Shown here piece after piece: positions 37,059-46,044 of a stretch of 64,000 nucleotides of DNA. Position 1 is the stretch's first letter. Every line of letters begins with the position of its first letter. Both the position numbers and the translations under genes were made by a program. The notes under the pieces were generated by a model. The model had not been told where the DNA came from. It ran no database searches and saw only the letters and a program-made list of their open reading frames with translations. The DNA is from a virus (taxonomy: Duplodnaviria > Caudoviricetes), in IMG/VR virus record IMGVR_UViG_3300023213_000432, positions 160,001 to 224,000 of that record. One strand, given 5' to 3'.

Positions 37059-38270
37059 ATGTTATTAGTTCAACAATTGTTACAAACCAAAACATTTAAA
37101 GATTTAGAAAATGAGCACGGCGTTTTTGCTTCTTTTGATAAGTCTGGGAAATTTTGGAGCCTAAACTATGATCAGATTTTATCAAAAGAGAGTGATCTTC
37201 TTGCTCAGCAATGCCGCGGATTAATTTTGACTTGTGCAGATGGCAAATCCTTAAATCCAATAGCAAAAGAAGCAAACAACGGATTAGATTACAGTGATAT
37301 TTGTCCTGGCTCTACTGCCATTTTGGCGGCACCTCTTTTTAGGTTTTTCAATGAAGGTCAAGGCGCCGCTGCTAAAATAAATTGGGACAATCCCGACCTT
37401 AAAATTTATGAGAAAATGGATGGGTCTTTAATAATCGTTTGGTATAATTCATTTTCTAATGAGTGGAATGTAGCCACTCGAAGTGTGCCTCGGGCTGATC
37501 TTTTAATGGATAATGGGCTTTATACTTTTCGCACTTTGTTCGAGAAAGTATTAATAGAAACTACAGGCATAACATTTGGGGTCTGGTCTGATAAATTGAA
37601 CCAAGACATCACTTATTGTTTTGAATTATGTAGCCAATATAACAAAATTGTAGTTAGCTATCCAATAAGTTCAATTACGTTAATTGCTGCAAGGAATATT
37701 AAAACATTGCAAGAAATTGACATATCCGAATTAGATATAGGTATCCGTCATGTTCGATCTTATTCTACTATGTCCGTCGCTGAATTGGTAAATTGGGTTT
37801 CTACCCTCAATCCTCTAGAACATGAAGGCGTAGTAGTTAGAGATAGCAATTTCAATCGAATTAAAGTAAAGAATGCTAATTACGTTGCCTACTCGAAAGT
37901 TCGTGATAGTCTTGGGCACTCTGAACGAAATTGTATGGAACTTATTCTTTTAGGTAAGGATGACGATGTAGCATCTTTTCTCCCTGAAGAAATTGTCCAA
38001 AATCTAGCTCAACTCAAAGTCAAACTTAATGCCCTTATTCGGCATTACGATGAGATTTATCAATCTGTTGCTAAGGAAGCTACCGATAGAAAATCTTTTG
38101 CTTTGTTAATTGCCAAAAATAAAGAATTGTGGGGCGCCCCCCTTTTCCAAATCTATGCTCGAAAGTGTTCCGATGTCCGTGATTTTATTGAGAAAAATAA
38201 GAAGAACGGCTCTTATTCTGCTGGTTTTCTTGATAAGTTGTTGGATTTGACAAAATCATTTTCAGTGTGA
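37059..38270 (+). CDS. RNA ligase (T4 Rnl1-like)
   Basis: FRFFN, EKMDGS adenylation motif, YCFEL, HEGVVV, RIKVKN. Confidence 0.88.
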   Translation: MLLVQQLLQTKTFKDLENEHGVFASFDKSGKFWSLNYDQILSKESDLLAQQCRGLILTCADGKSLNPIAKEANNGLDYSDICPGSTAILAAPLFRFFNEGQGAAAKINWDNPDLKIYEKMDGSLIIVWYNSFSNEWNVATRSVPRADLLMDNGLYTFRTLFEKVLIETTGITFGVWSDKLNQDITYCFELCSQYNKIVVSYPISSITLIAARNIKTLQEIDISELDIGIRHVRSYSTMSVAELVNWVSTLNPLEHEGVVVRDSNFNRIKVKNANYVAYSKVRDSLGHSERNCMELILLGKDDDVASFLPEEIVQNLAQLKVKLNALIRHYDEIYQSVAKEATDRKSFALLIAKNKELWGAPLFQIYARKCSDVRDFIEKNKKNGSYSAGFLDKLLDLTKSFSV

Positions 38271-38285
38271 TATAGAATATAATAG

Positions 38286-38750
38286 TTGTTAGAACAACAA
38301 ATAACCTACGGAGATCATATGTTATCAATTTGGAATAATCCTTTTTTGTCGGTGCGAACAAAGTCAGACACTAAATTATCTACTAAGAGCTACATTGATC
38401 GTCTCTTTAAAGATACTTTTGAAATCGAAATGGGCGATTTGTTTCATCCAATAATTCAAATAGGAATAGAGCAGAAAGCCGATAATGGTAATATGGTTGT
38501 TTCTGTAGATCTTCCCGGCATCGCTGAAGAAGACATTAATGTTGAATTAGTAGATAATGTCATCACCATTAAAGGCGAGAGAAAAACTCAAACTTCTGCC
38601 TATTCTGTTCAAAAATCTTTTACTATCCCAGAAGGATATGATCCAAATGACATTAAGGCGGAACTGAAGAATGGCGTTTTGACATTTACTTTTGTTAGCA
38701 AAACGCCTATCAAATCAGAACCTAAAAAGATAGCCATCACCACCAAATAA
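38286..38750 (+). CDS. small heat shock protein (Hsp20); likely start at ATG 38319
   Basis: VDLPGI..EDINVEL..NVITIKGER, AELKNGVL. Confidence 0.9.
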   Translation: MLEQQITYGDHMLSIWNNPFLSVRTKSDTKLSTKSYIDRLFKDTFEIEMGDLFHPIIQIGIEQKADNGNMVVSVDLPGIAEEDINVELVDNVITIKGERKTQTSAYSVQKSFTIPEGYDPNDIKAELKNGVLTFTFVSKTPIKSEPKKIAITTK

Positions 38751-38819
38751 TTTTCTAGTCATACTAGTTTTGAAAGCCAAGCGTTTATACCCTTGACTTT
38801 TGTCGATATATAGTTTGTA

Positions 38820-39551
38820 ATGACTAAGTACTCTCATGGTCGGGATTATGATCATGATTTTTCTCAATGGCTTAAAAAGTGTGAGGACATCACTTTAGAC
38901 ATCCTGTCAGAGAAACGTTCTCATGCGGAACAATTAGATAAACTTCAAACTGAAATTATCCGAGACAATAATTCAGCATTTGCTTGTTTTTTTGCTATTG
39001 ATTTCCCATCTTTTAAACCTTACAGGATGCAAAAAGTTATCTTCGATACTCGGGATCACAAGTATGCCGTGTTATTTGCTCAACAAGTAGAAAATGCAGA
39101 TATCAAAGCCCTCCAAAAATTAGTGATTCAGTCCAAGAAATTAAAATTCATTTGCCAATTTGCTCGTTTGGTGCCTAAAGCTAATCATCGGTTGTTAGAA
39201 AAGATCATCCTAAAATCCAAAGATGTTAAATATGCTCATATGTGGATCAAACATGTCAAAAGCGCCCAGATCAAAAGATTTAAAGATATTATCATTGCTT
39301 CTAAAAATCCCAGCTATTTATTGGAACTAGCTAAACATTTAACTAACCTCCAAGATATTGTCATCATTGAAGATTTAATTATTGCAACTAGTTCTTTTGT
39401 TCATATCCGAGCTATGGCTACCAAAATCAAGCTAGCTAACGTGGATAAACTAGAACAGGCAGTTTTAGAAAGCGGAAACACTAAAGAGATTAGGAAATTC
39501 GCTCGAGCCGTTAAACAATCTAAAATGAAGAAATTCTTACTCGTTGATTGA
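38820..39551 (+). CDS. hypothetical helical-repeat protein
   Basis: 243-aa ORF with repeated ADI.ALQ..V/II.SK.KY motifs. Confidence 0.65.
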   Translation: MTKYSHGRDYDHDFSQWLKKCEDITLDILSEKRSHAEQLDKLQTEIIRDNNSAFACFFAIDFPSFKPYRMQKVIFDTRDHKYAVLFAQQVENADIKALQKLVIQSKKLKFICQFARLVPKANHRLLEKIILKSKDVKYAHMWIKHVKSAQIKRFKDIIIASKNPSYLLELAKHLTNLQDIVIIEDLIIATSSFVHIRAMATKIKLANVDKLEQAVLESGNTKEIRKFARAVKQSKMKKFLLVD

Positions 39552-40112
39552 ACAGTGATAAATTTTGCAAGTGTTGGCTAGATCAATGGATGTAATGTGA
39601 TCTGATCCATAGTCTATCAAAGGAAACATTAAAGTATAATAATCATTAACATTATGTGGCAATCCAATGCTGTGTCCCAATTCGTGCAAAACTACCATTC
39701 GAAACGCAGACGGATCTATTCTTCCATCTACTAGTTCAATATTAGGAATTAAAGCACGCCCATTGTAAAATCCTAAGATAGTGTGTTCTGATCCGCTAAT
39801 CGCTTCAAGGAACAACACCCTAGGATGCATTGGAGGCTCTTTCAATACCATGATACCATTGGTGACATCCAGAGGCGCATCAGATGGTAATTTGACGACA
39901 TCAAATTCGATAACATGATCGGTGGCATCTGCCCATTCTTCAGCGGCAGAGACAATTTCGTTTGTTTCCGTTTGTGTAAAGTTTGAATCAAGATATAGTA
40001 TTTTATGAAAGTGAGTAGGAGTGGAAAGCGGAGTTTTAATGCATAATAAACTAAACAGAATGATGAGAATAGTGGCGGTAGTGATAGAGTAAAAATGAAG
40101 TGAGCGAAACAT
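39537..40112 (-). CDS. matrixin/M10-like zinc metalloprotease
   Basis: VLHELGHSIGLPH followed by a Met-turn (TLMFP); N-terminal signal or anchor. Confidence 0.88.
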   Translation of the reverse strand: MFRSLHFYSITTATILIILFSLLCIKTPLSTPTHFHKILYLDSNFTQTETNEIVSAAEEWADATDHVIEFDVVKLPSDAPLDVTNGIMVLKEPPMHPRVLFLEAISGSEHTILGFYNGRALIPNIELVDGRIDPSAFRMVVLHELGHSIGLPHNVNDYYTLMFPLIDYGSDHITSIDLANTCKIYHCSINE

Positions 40113-40183
40113 TTGTTAAAAGATGCTTAATTATGGTGGTGAGACCAACAGCCGGAAATTATTGAACAAAAGGGAGGAATGTC

Positions 40184-40212
40184 TTGACACGCGTCTGTTG
40201 GATGTCCATAAT
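40184..40212 (+). promoter_or_regulatory. sigma70-like promoter
   Basis: TTGACA-N17-CATAAT. Confidence 0.6.
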
Positions 40213-40247
40213 AGTGTATATTGATATATCAACAAAGGAATTAACTG

Positions 40248-40475
40248 ATGTTGCGACGTTTCCACTTTGAAAGGGGTAAAGATGTGTCAGGTATTAGCGG
40301 AATTGGAATTGTGGCAGAAGGCGTGTTATTAACCGATACTAAAGAGTGTGTAGTGCATTGGTTGGGAAAGCGCGCTTGCATTAATATCTATCATTCCTTG
40401 GAAGATGTTATTTTTGTCCATGGACATGAAGGAAGTACCCAAATTGTTTGGGACGATCCAGAAGAGAAGAATTGA
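40248..40475 (+). CDS. conserved phage hypothetical protein
   Basis: RRFHFERGKDVSGISGIGIVAEGV...HGHEGSTQIVW. Confidence 0.7.
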   Translation: MLRRFHFERGKDVSGISGIGIVAEGVLLTDTKECVVHWLGKRACINIYHSLEDVIFVHGHEGSTQIVWDDPEEKN

Positions 40476-40544
40476 AAAAAGATAAATTAAGAACGATTGT
40501 AGTCGGAGATTTACATTGTTGTCTTGTAGAATTTGAAGAGTTAT
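40472..40544 (+). pseudogene. N-terminal remnant of a metallophosphatase truncated at the TnpB insertion
   Basis: TTG start overlapping the upstream stop reads MKKDKLRTIVVGDLHCCLVEFEEL (GDxH motif) up to the element left end; no continuation after the right end. Confidence 0.55.
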
Positions 40545-41859
40545 CTAAATTAAGCAGAAAACTCTCGTTTTCAAGCGAAAGATGAATGCGTTTTCTAGAA
40601 AAGACACACAAAAATAATCTCATTAACAAAAAATATTCATAACGTAAGATATAATTATACGTGATACAAAAAGCTTTCAAATTCCGTCTCTATCCAACTG
40701 GACAGCAAAAAGACTTTCTATCTCAACAATTCGGAGCAGTTCGTTTTGTCTATAATTTCTTCCTTGTCCATCGAAGGGACGAATACTTCAACAATAAGAA
40801 AAGCTTAACTTATTACGACGATGCTAAGAGTCTAACCGAACTAAAATCCAAAAACGGCTATGAATGGCTTTACGATATTAATAGTCAAACTTTGCAAGCC
40901 TCATTAAGAAATCTTGAAGTGGCATATACTAGCTTTTTCAAAAAACGAACCAAATTCCCTCGCTTTCATTCCAAAAAGAATAGACAGTGCATCAAAATAC
41001 CTCAGAATTTCAAGATCGAAAACAACCGCCTTTTTATTCCCAAACTCAAAGATGGGATTAAGATCAATCAGCATCAATCGCTCACCGGCAAACCCATCTG
41101 CTGTTTCATTTCTAAAACGCCATCAGATAAATATTATGTTTCTATCTTATGCGAGACGAATGTCACTCAGTTAAAAAAGAACGATAACGTTATCGGTATT
41201 GATTTAGGCAGTAAGCATATTGTCGTTTCCTCAAATGGATCTAAAATAGAAAACCCCAAGTTCTATCGCAAATTAGAAAAGAAACTCGCTTTTGAGCAGA
41301 AACAACTCTCCCATAAACAAAAAGGTTCTAACAATAAAAATAAACAAAGAAAGGTAGTAGCAAGAATACACGAACGAATAGCTAATAGCAGAAATGATTT
41401 TCTTCACAAACTGACAAAACAACTAATTGACGAAAACCAAGTCATTATAGCGGAAACCCTGTCAGTTAAAAACATGATGAAAAATCATTGTTTGGCGAAA
41501 AGCATATCTGATGCTAGCTGGAGCGAACTGTTAAGACAGTTAGAATATAAGTCTAAATGGTATGGGAGAACTTTTTATCAAATAGATAAGTTTTTTCCAA
41601 GTAGCAAAACCTGTAATAGTTGTCAGTTCGTACTAGATGATCTACCATTATCGATCAGAGAATGGGATTGTCCAAGTTGCAAACAGCATCATGATCGAGA
41701 TATAAATGCCGCCCTCAATATAAGAGATAAAGGCATGATAGATTTAAACTTGTCTGGCTTCGGAATGCAGCCGGACATTAAACAAAAACGCGGTGAGGCG
41801 CTAGTATTAACTAGGTCAATGAAACGCGAAGCTCTTGCTTTCAAGCAAGAGTAATTCAC
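40545..41859 (+). mobile_element. IS605-family TnpB-only element
   Basis: Preceded by TTAT (40541-40544); same ends as the element at 31260; right end TTCAC at 41859. Confidence 0.85.
40661..41854 (+). CDS. tnpB: TnpB RNA-guided endonuclease (intact RuvC)
   Basis: Same length and motifs as 31375..32568 (GIDLG, IAETL, HDRDINA). Confidence 0.95.
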   Translation: MIQKAFKFRLYPTGQQKDFLSQQFGAVRFVYNFFLVHRRDEYFNNKKSLTYYDDAKSLTELKSKNGYEWLYDINSQTLQASLRNLEVAYTSFFKKRTKFPRFHSKKNRQCIKIPQNFKIENNRLFIPKLKDGIKINQHQSLTGKPICCFISKTPSDKYYVSILCETNVTQLKKNDNVIGIDLGSKHIVVSSNGSKIENPKFYRKLEKKLAFEQKQLSHKQKGSNNKNKQRKVVARIHERIANSRNDFLHKLTKQLIDENQVIIAETLSVKNMMKNHCLAKSISDASWSELLRQLEYKSKWYGRTFYQIDKFFPSSKTCNSCQFVLDDLPLSIREWDCPSCKQHHDRDINAALNIRDKGMIDLNLSGFGMQPDIKQKRGEALVLTRSMKREALAFKQE

Positions 41860-41880
41860 CAGGCAAAGTGTGTTGTATAG

Positions 41881-42213
41881 ATGTTTCGATCCTGCGAATG
41901 GAAATATATAGGGTATGATGACAACGTAAATCTATGACGATACGAAATAATTATCGTGGATGATGATTTTACTGAAACCGCCGTCTCTGACAACGGCGAT
42001 CCTTACTCCATGGTCGGCGCTGCCTCCGCCCTGATCGATATTTACTCTCGAAGAAATCTCAATGTAGCTGGCAATCTAGTGTTGTTGATGCAATATATAG
42101 AAAATAAATGGTCATGGCAAGATATTAAATGTCAAATTAGATGGTATCAGAAATACATTCCTGAATATCAGAAATGCCACGATCAAGTGATGGACTATCT
42201 GGTATTTATGTGA
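41881..42213 (+). pseudogene. dispersed repeat-family copy 7 with premature TGA at codon 19
   Basis: ATG 41881 reads MFRSCEWKYIGYDDNVNL*RYEIIIVDDDF...; TGA at 41935-41937 lies where copy 5 has TGG. Confidence 0.8.
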
Positions 42214-42222
42214 AAAAGTAAA

Positions 42223-42549
42223 ATGTTTCAATCTTGCGCGCTTAAATATTTAAGCTATTCTCCACAAACAAATTGGAAGCGATACACAATTACCATTGTA
42301 GATGATACCTTTACTGAAACCGTTAGTTGTTATGCTGCTGGAGAAGCTTATGCTGTCGTTTCCGTTCTAATTAATATTTATTCTCAAAAAAATCTCAATG
42401 TAGCTAGTAATTTAGCCTTACTAATGCAACATTTGGAGCGTAAATGGGCATCAATTAATATTAAATGGCAAATAGAGTATTATCAAAAATACGTTCCCGG
42501 ATATCAGAAATACCACGATCAAGTAATGGAATATTTAGTATTTTTGTGA
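42223..42549 (+). CDS. dispersed repeat-family protein, copy 8 (tandem with copy 7)
   Basis: Conserved family motifs; variable core at 42313-42366 uses mostly NNT codons. Confidence 0.85.
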   Translation: MFQSCALKYLSYSPQTNWKRYTITIVDDTFTETVSCYAAGEAYAVVSVLINIYSQKNLNVASNLALLMQHLERKWASINIKWQIEYYQKYVPGYQKYHDQVMEYLVFL

Positions 42550-42563
42550 GGAAATGATATTAA

Positions 42564-42728
42564 ATGAAAATTCTTAAGTGTGCCCTTTGTTATGGCGAAG
42601 TCGATGTTGTTGGCGGAGAACGATCTATCAACAAAAAGATTAAATGTCAAAAATGCGGCTTCTCCAATCAAGAAGAAAAGCCGCATCCTGAAGTGATGGT
42701 TATTCGAAAACGAATAATGACAGATTAA
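42564..42728 (+). CDS. small zinc-ribbon protein
   Basis: MKILKCALC...KCQKCG, two CxxC pairs; below the ORF-track length cutoff. Confidence 0.5.
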   Translation: MKILKCALCYGEVDVVGGERSINKKIKCQKCGFSNQEEKPHPEVMVIRKRIMTD

Positions 42729-42928
42729 CCGAAGATTTTCTTCCACAAAGATTTGAGGTTATCAATTATTGTTTTGACAAAGGCTATGACAACTGGTATT
42801 TGGTCTTTAAGATATGCGACGAACATGACGAGAACCATCAAAAAAGTTAGCAATGAAATCATGGGTGTGTTCCTGTGGTATAGATTCGGCTTCCAAGATT
42901 ATGCTTAAAAATTGATAATTCGTTAGAA

Positions 42929-45052
42929 CTAGTCAATGATTTGATGCTTGTTGGCTCGATACCATTCGATGGTTTGTTGGAGTCCAGTGCGAAGATCGGT
43001 GGAGGCTGTCCAGTTGAGGAGGGTTTTGGCGCGTGAGATATCGAGACATCTTCTAGGCTGACCATCTGACACTTCATTTGTGAAGATCGCGTTTCCAGTA
43101 AAACCGGTTAGTTCTTTGATAAGGTGAGCTAATTTATAGATGGAAATTTCTTTGCCAGTGCCCAAGTTGATGGGAAGATTGGTATCCAACTTGATGTTAA
43201 TGGCTTTAGTAATGGCGTCGGCACAATCCGACACGTGCAAAAATTCTCTGGTAGCTGCTCCTGAGCCCCAGCATTCCACAACAGGAAGGTTCTTTTCAAT
43301 AGCAGTATCAAATTTTCGAATTAATGCAGGAATGACGTGACTATTAGTAAGATCGAAATGATCGTGATTCCCAAACATGTTAGTTGGAATGAGATGAGCG
43401 CCTTTGATACCATATTGTTGTCGATAAGTTTGTCCTAACATCATGAGCGTTCTCTTACTCTGTGAGTAGGGAAAATTGGTTTCCTCTGCGGCACCGTTCC
43501 AAATGTCATCTTCTTTGAAAGGAACAGAACAGTATTTAGGATATGAACAATTATGAACAATTAATCCGTTAATATTATAGGTTTCGTTGGTGGTACTAAA
43601 ATTATATATATCAATATTTTGACGATAAATTTCTTTTTTAGACAAAACAGGAATGCACCAATCTGTAACATTATCATATGAATTGCATTCTACATTATAT
43701 CTGCTCCTTTTGGTTTTAGGATGTAAAAATTCTCTATATTCTGGGAAAAAGTCGTTGACTAATTTTTTACAAAATGAACCAGAGTATTTTAGCGTCCATG
43801 AACCGTTGCCTTGTATTTTTCTGGATTTAATATAAGAAATTGTTGGTTTTCGGTAATGAATCGATCCATAATATCCTAAAGAAAGTATCAAATCACGGAC
43901 TTGATAAATAAGGTTCTGTGAAGCACTTGTCATTTGAACAGTATTTATAAATTGCCCATTTGCATACTTTCTTCGACTAATGTGCCCATCTCCCATTATG
44001 TATGCTTTAAGAAATGAAATTTTCATTTCTCGTTCCAAATTATAAATCCAGCTTGGAATTTTTTTATAATGGCAAGTTTTTCTGGGAGCATTTTCCAAGT
44101 AAAAATTATCATGTAAAAATTCTTGTAGTTGTTTTGAACTAAAATCTAATCTATAACCTTTTTGATTACGACAGTGATTAACGCGAAGGGTTCTTTTGAA
44201 AAGTTTTTTAGTTATTTTTTGTAAAGCATCAATTGTTGGCTGTTCATTTTCTCCTAAATAAATGCTAATTTCGCCAGTGTGTGTTGCTGCATAGCCTTCC
44301 GCCAAATACCACCCAAAAAATTCCATCAACTCTTTTGTTATTTCTATTGTAGTATCTAGCGCAACTGTTTTATTATTCAAATTTTTTGTTCTCCAAGAAT
44401 TATTTATATTGTTTAATTTAATATTTGTAATTTTGTTGGATGAATCTGTTGTTTGAAGAACCAAATGATCATTTGATTTCAAATTTTGCGCAGGCACCCA
44501 TGTAATGTTATTGTTCCTTTTAACGAGAAATGGATGTTCTGGGGTAGTTGTGATTTTTTCTCCTCCAAAACTTCTTATTTCTATTAAATTACCAGTATAA
44601 ATTTGACGAATTAATTTTTCTATTTTAGCTGGACGATCTTTACCAATCACAAAATCATTGAGTTTTATATTATCAATTTGAATATATGTTAAATTATTTA
44701 GTTTAACCAAACAATCTTTTGTAAAACAAACTGTTCCAAGCGAATAAACATAGGGGATATTGTGTTTCCTAGCACATTCAAAAATGTTAAGTGCCATTTG
44801 AGTATTATCTCGGAGAAAATCCGCAGGATTATTTTTATTTGCTAAAATGCCTCCGCACTTGGCTGCGAGATGTAGGATTGCATCTGGGTTTTCTAACCAT
44901 ATAGAATTCAATTCGACATTAGGATTTAATAGATTAAGAGCTTTGCTTGACGGAGCAATAACTTGATGTTCTATTTTTAATTTCTCGATTACAGGTTTTC
45001 CGAGAAAACCGTTTCCGCCAGTTACTAAGATTTTCATTTTATTAAACTCCAA
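42929..45052 (-). CDS. fcl: GDP-L-fucose synthase containing an intein
   Basis: GGNGFLG, HLAAKCGGI.AN...PADF..DN, then after the intein CSYPK, YSQSK, PTNMFG.HD...SHVIPALIRKF, WGSG...REFLH; spliced length 314 aa. Confidence 0.92.
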   Translation of the reverse strand: MEFNKMKILVTGGNGFLGKPVIEKLKIEHQVIAPSSKALNLLNPNVELNSIWLENPDAILHLAAKCGGILANKNNPADFLRDNTQMALNIFECARKHNIPYVYSLGTVCFTKDCLVKLNNLTYIQIDNIKLNDFVIGKDRPAKIEKLIRQIYTGNLIEIRSFGGEKITTTPEHPFLVKRNNNITWVPAQNLKSNDHLVLQTTDSSNKITNIKLNNINNSWRTKNLNNKTVALDTTIEITKELMEFFGWYLAEGYAATHTGEISIYLGENEQPTIDALQKITKKLFKRTLRVNHCRNQKGYRLDFSSKQLQEFLHDNFYLENAPRKTCHYKKIPSWIYNLEREMKISFLKAYIMGDGHISRRKYANGQFINTVQMTSASQNLIYQVRDLILSLGYYGSIHYRKPTISYIKSRKIQGNGSWTLKYSGSFCKKLVNDFFPEYREFLHPKTKRSRYNVECNSYDNVTDWCIPVLSKKEIYRQNIDIYNFSTTNETYNINGLIVHNCSYPKYCSVPFKEDDIWNGAAEETNFPYSQSKRTLMMLGQTYRQQYGIKGAHLIPTNMFGNHDHFDLTNSHVIPALIRKFDTAIEKNLPVVECWGSGAATREFLHVSDCADAITKAINIKLDTNLPINLGTGKEISIYKLAHLIKELTGFTGNAIFTNEVSDGQPRRCLDISRAKTLLNWTASTDLRTGLQQTIEWYRANKHQIID
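43550..44728 (-). mobile_element. 393-aa intein with LAGLIDADG homing endonuclease
   Basis: Starts CFTKDCLV, block B TTPEHPF, endonuclease motifs GWYLAEG and AYIMGDG, ends IVHN followed by a +1 Cys. Confidence 0.93.
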
Positions 45053-45084
45053 TTTTCTTTAGTTCTAAATATATCTTTTTTCAC

Positions 45085-46044
45085 TTATATTGAAGCCATA
45101 CATTCTTCAATCATTTCATCAATAATATCATCCACTGTATATTTTGCTTTCCACCCTAATTCTTTTTGGATTTTACTACTGTCTGGATCTAACTGATCCA
45201 CTTCATTAGGTCTATAATATTTGCTGGATACTTTTACATAATCTTTCCAATTTAATCCAAGTTTAGTAAAAACTTTTTCAATGAATTCTTGAACGGTAAT
45301 CATTGGATTGGAGCCAATGACATAATCTTTTGGTTCTGCTGCATTCATCATCAGCAGCATCCCATCAATCACATCATTAACATGGTTCCAACTACGACGC
45401 GCCTCAATATTACCAATAACTAATTCTTTTTGTAATCCTTTTGATATTTTGCAAGCTGCCTGACACACCTTCATAGTTAGAAAGGTAGGAGATCGTTTTT
45501 TACTTTCGTGGTTAAACGATACGCTGTTAATCGCGAATAATCCATATGCCGTTCGATAATTTTTAACTGTCCAGTAAGCGGCAAGTTTGGCCACGCCATA
45601 TGGGCTTTGCGGATGCATCGCGGTTTCTTCGTTTTGAGGAGCTTTGGAACTGCCAAAAAGTTCAGAAGTTGAAGCCTGTAGAAACCTGGTTTTAGGACTA
45701 TATAATCTAATTGCTTCCAAGCATCTGATGACTCCACCACCATCAACATTTAGAACATAATCAGGAAGATCAAAACTTACTTTAACGTGAGACAAAGCTC
45801 CCAAATTAAAAAAGTAATCTGGTTTGCTGCTGCTTATAAAAGAATTTACACTGCCAGTATCTGATAGATCACCATATGATAGTTCAAGATTAGGATGATT
45901 GAATATGTGTTCAATTCTTTCTGTGTTGAAAGAGCTGCTTTTACGGATCATACCAAAAACTTGATACCCATCATTAAGCAATCTTTCAGCCAAAATAGAG
46001 CCGCATTGTCCCGTAATACCCGTAATTGCCGCCACTTTACTCAT
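45085..46044 (-). CDS. gmd: GDP-mannose 4,6-dehydratase
   Basis: ITGITGQ, ALSHVKVSF, QASTSELFG, SPYGVAK, FNHES, LVIGNIEARR. Confidence 0.92.
   Translation of the reverse strand: MSKVAAITGITGQCGSILAERLLNDGYQVFGMIRKSSSFNTERIEHIFNHPNLELSYGDLSDTGSVNSFISSSKPDYFFNLGALSHVKVSFDLPDYVLNVDGGGVIRCLEAIRLYSPKTRFLQASTSELFGSSKAPQNEETAMHPQSPYGVAKLAAYWTVKNYRTAYGLFAINSVSFNHESKKRSPTFLTMKVCQAACKISKGLQKELVIGNIEARRSWNHVNDVIDGMLLMMNAAEPKDYVIGSNPMITVQEFIEKVFTKLGLNWKDYVKVSSKYYRPNEVDQLDPDSSKIQKELGWKAKYTVDDIIDEMIEECMASI

Noticed and set aside
4318-42549. Calling the repeat family a canonical DGR
   Set aside because: No RT, Avd or template repeat is in the window, the cores differ in length, and few adenines are retained. 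Kept only as one hypothesis.
43541-43561. Tandem tatgaacaat repeat at the intein C-terminal junction
   Set aside because: Explained by the coding sequence (VHN-CSY codons). Inteins do not make target duplications.
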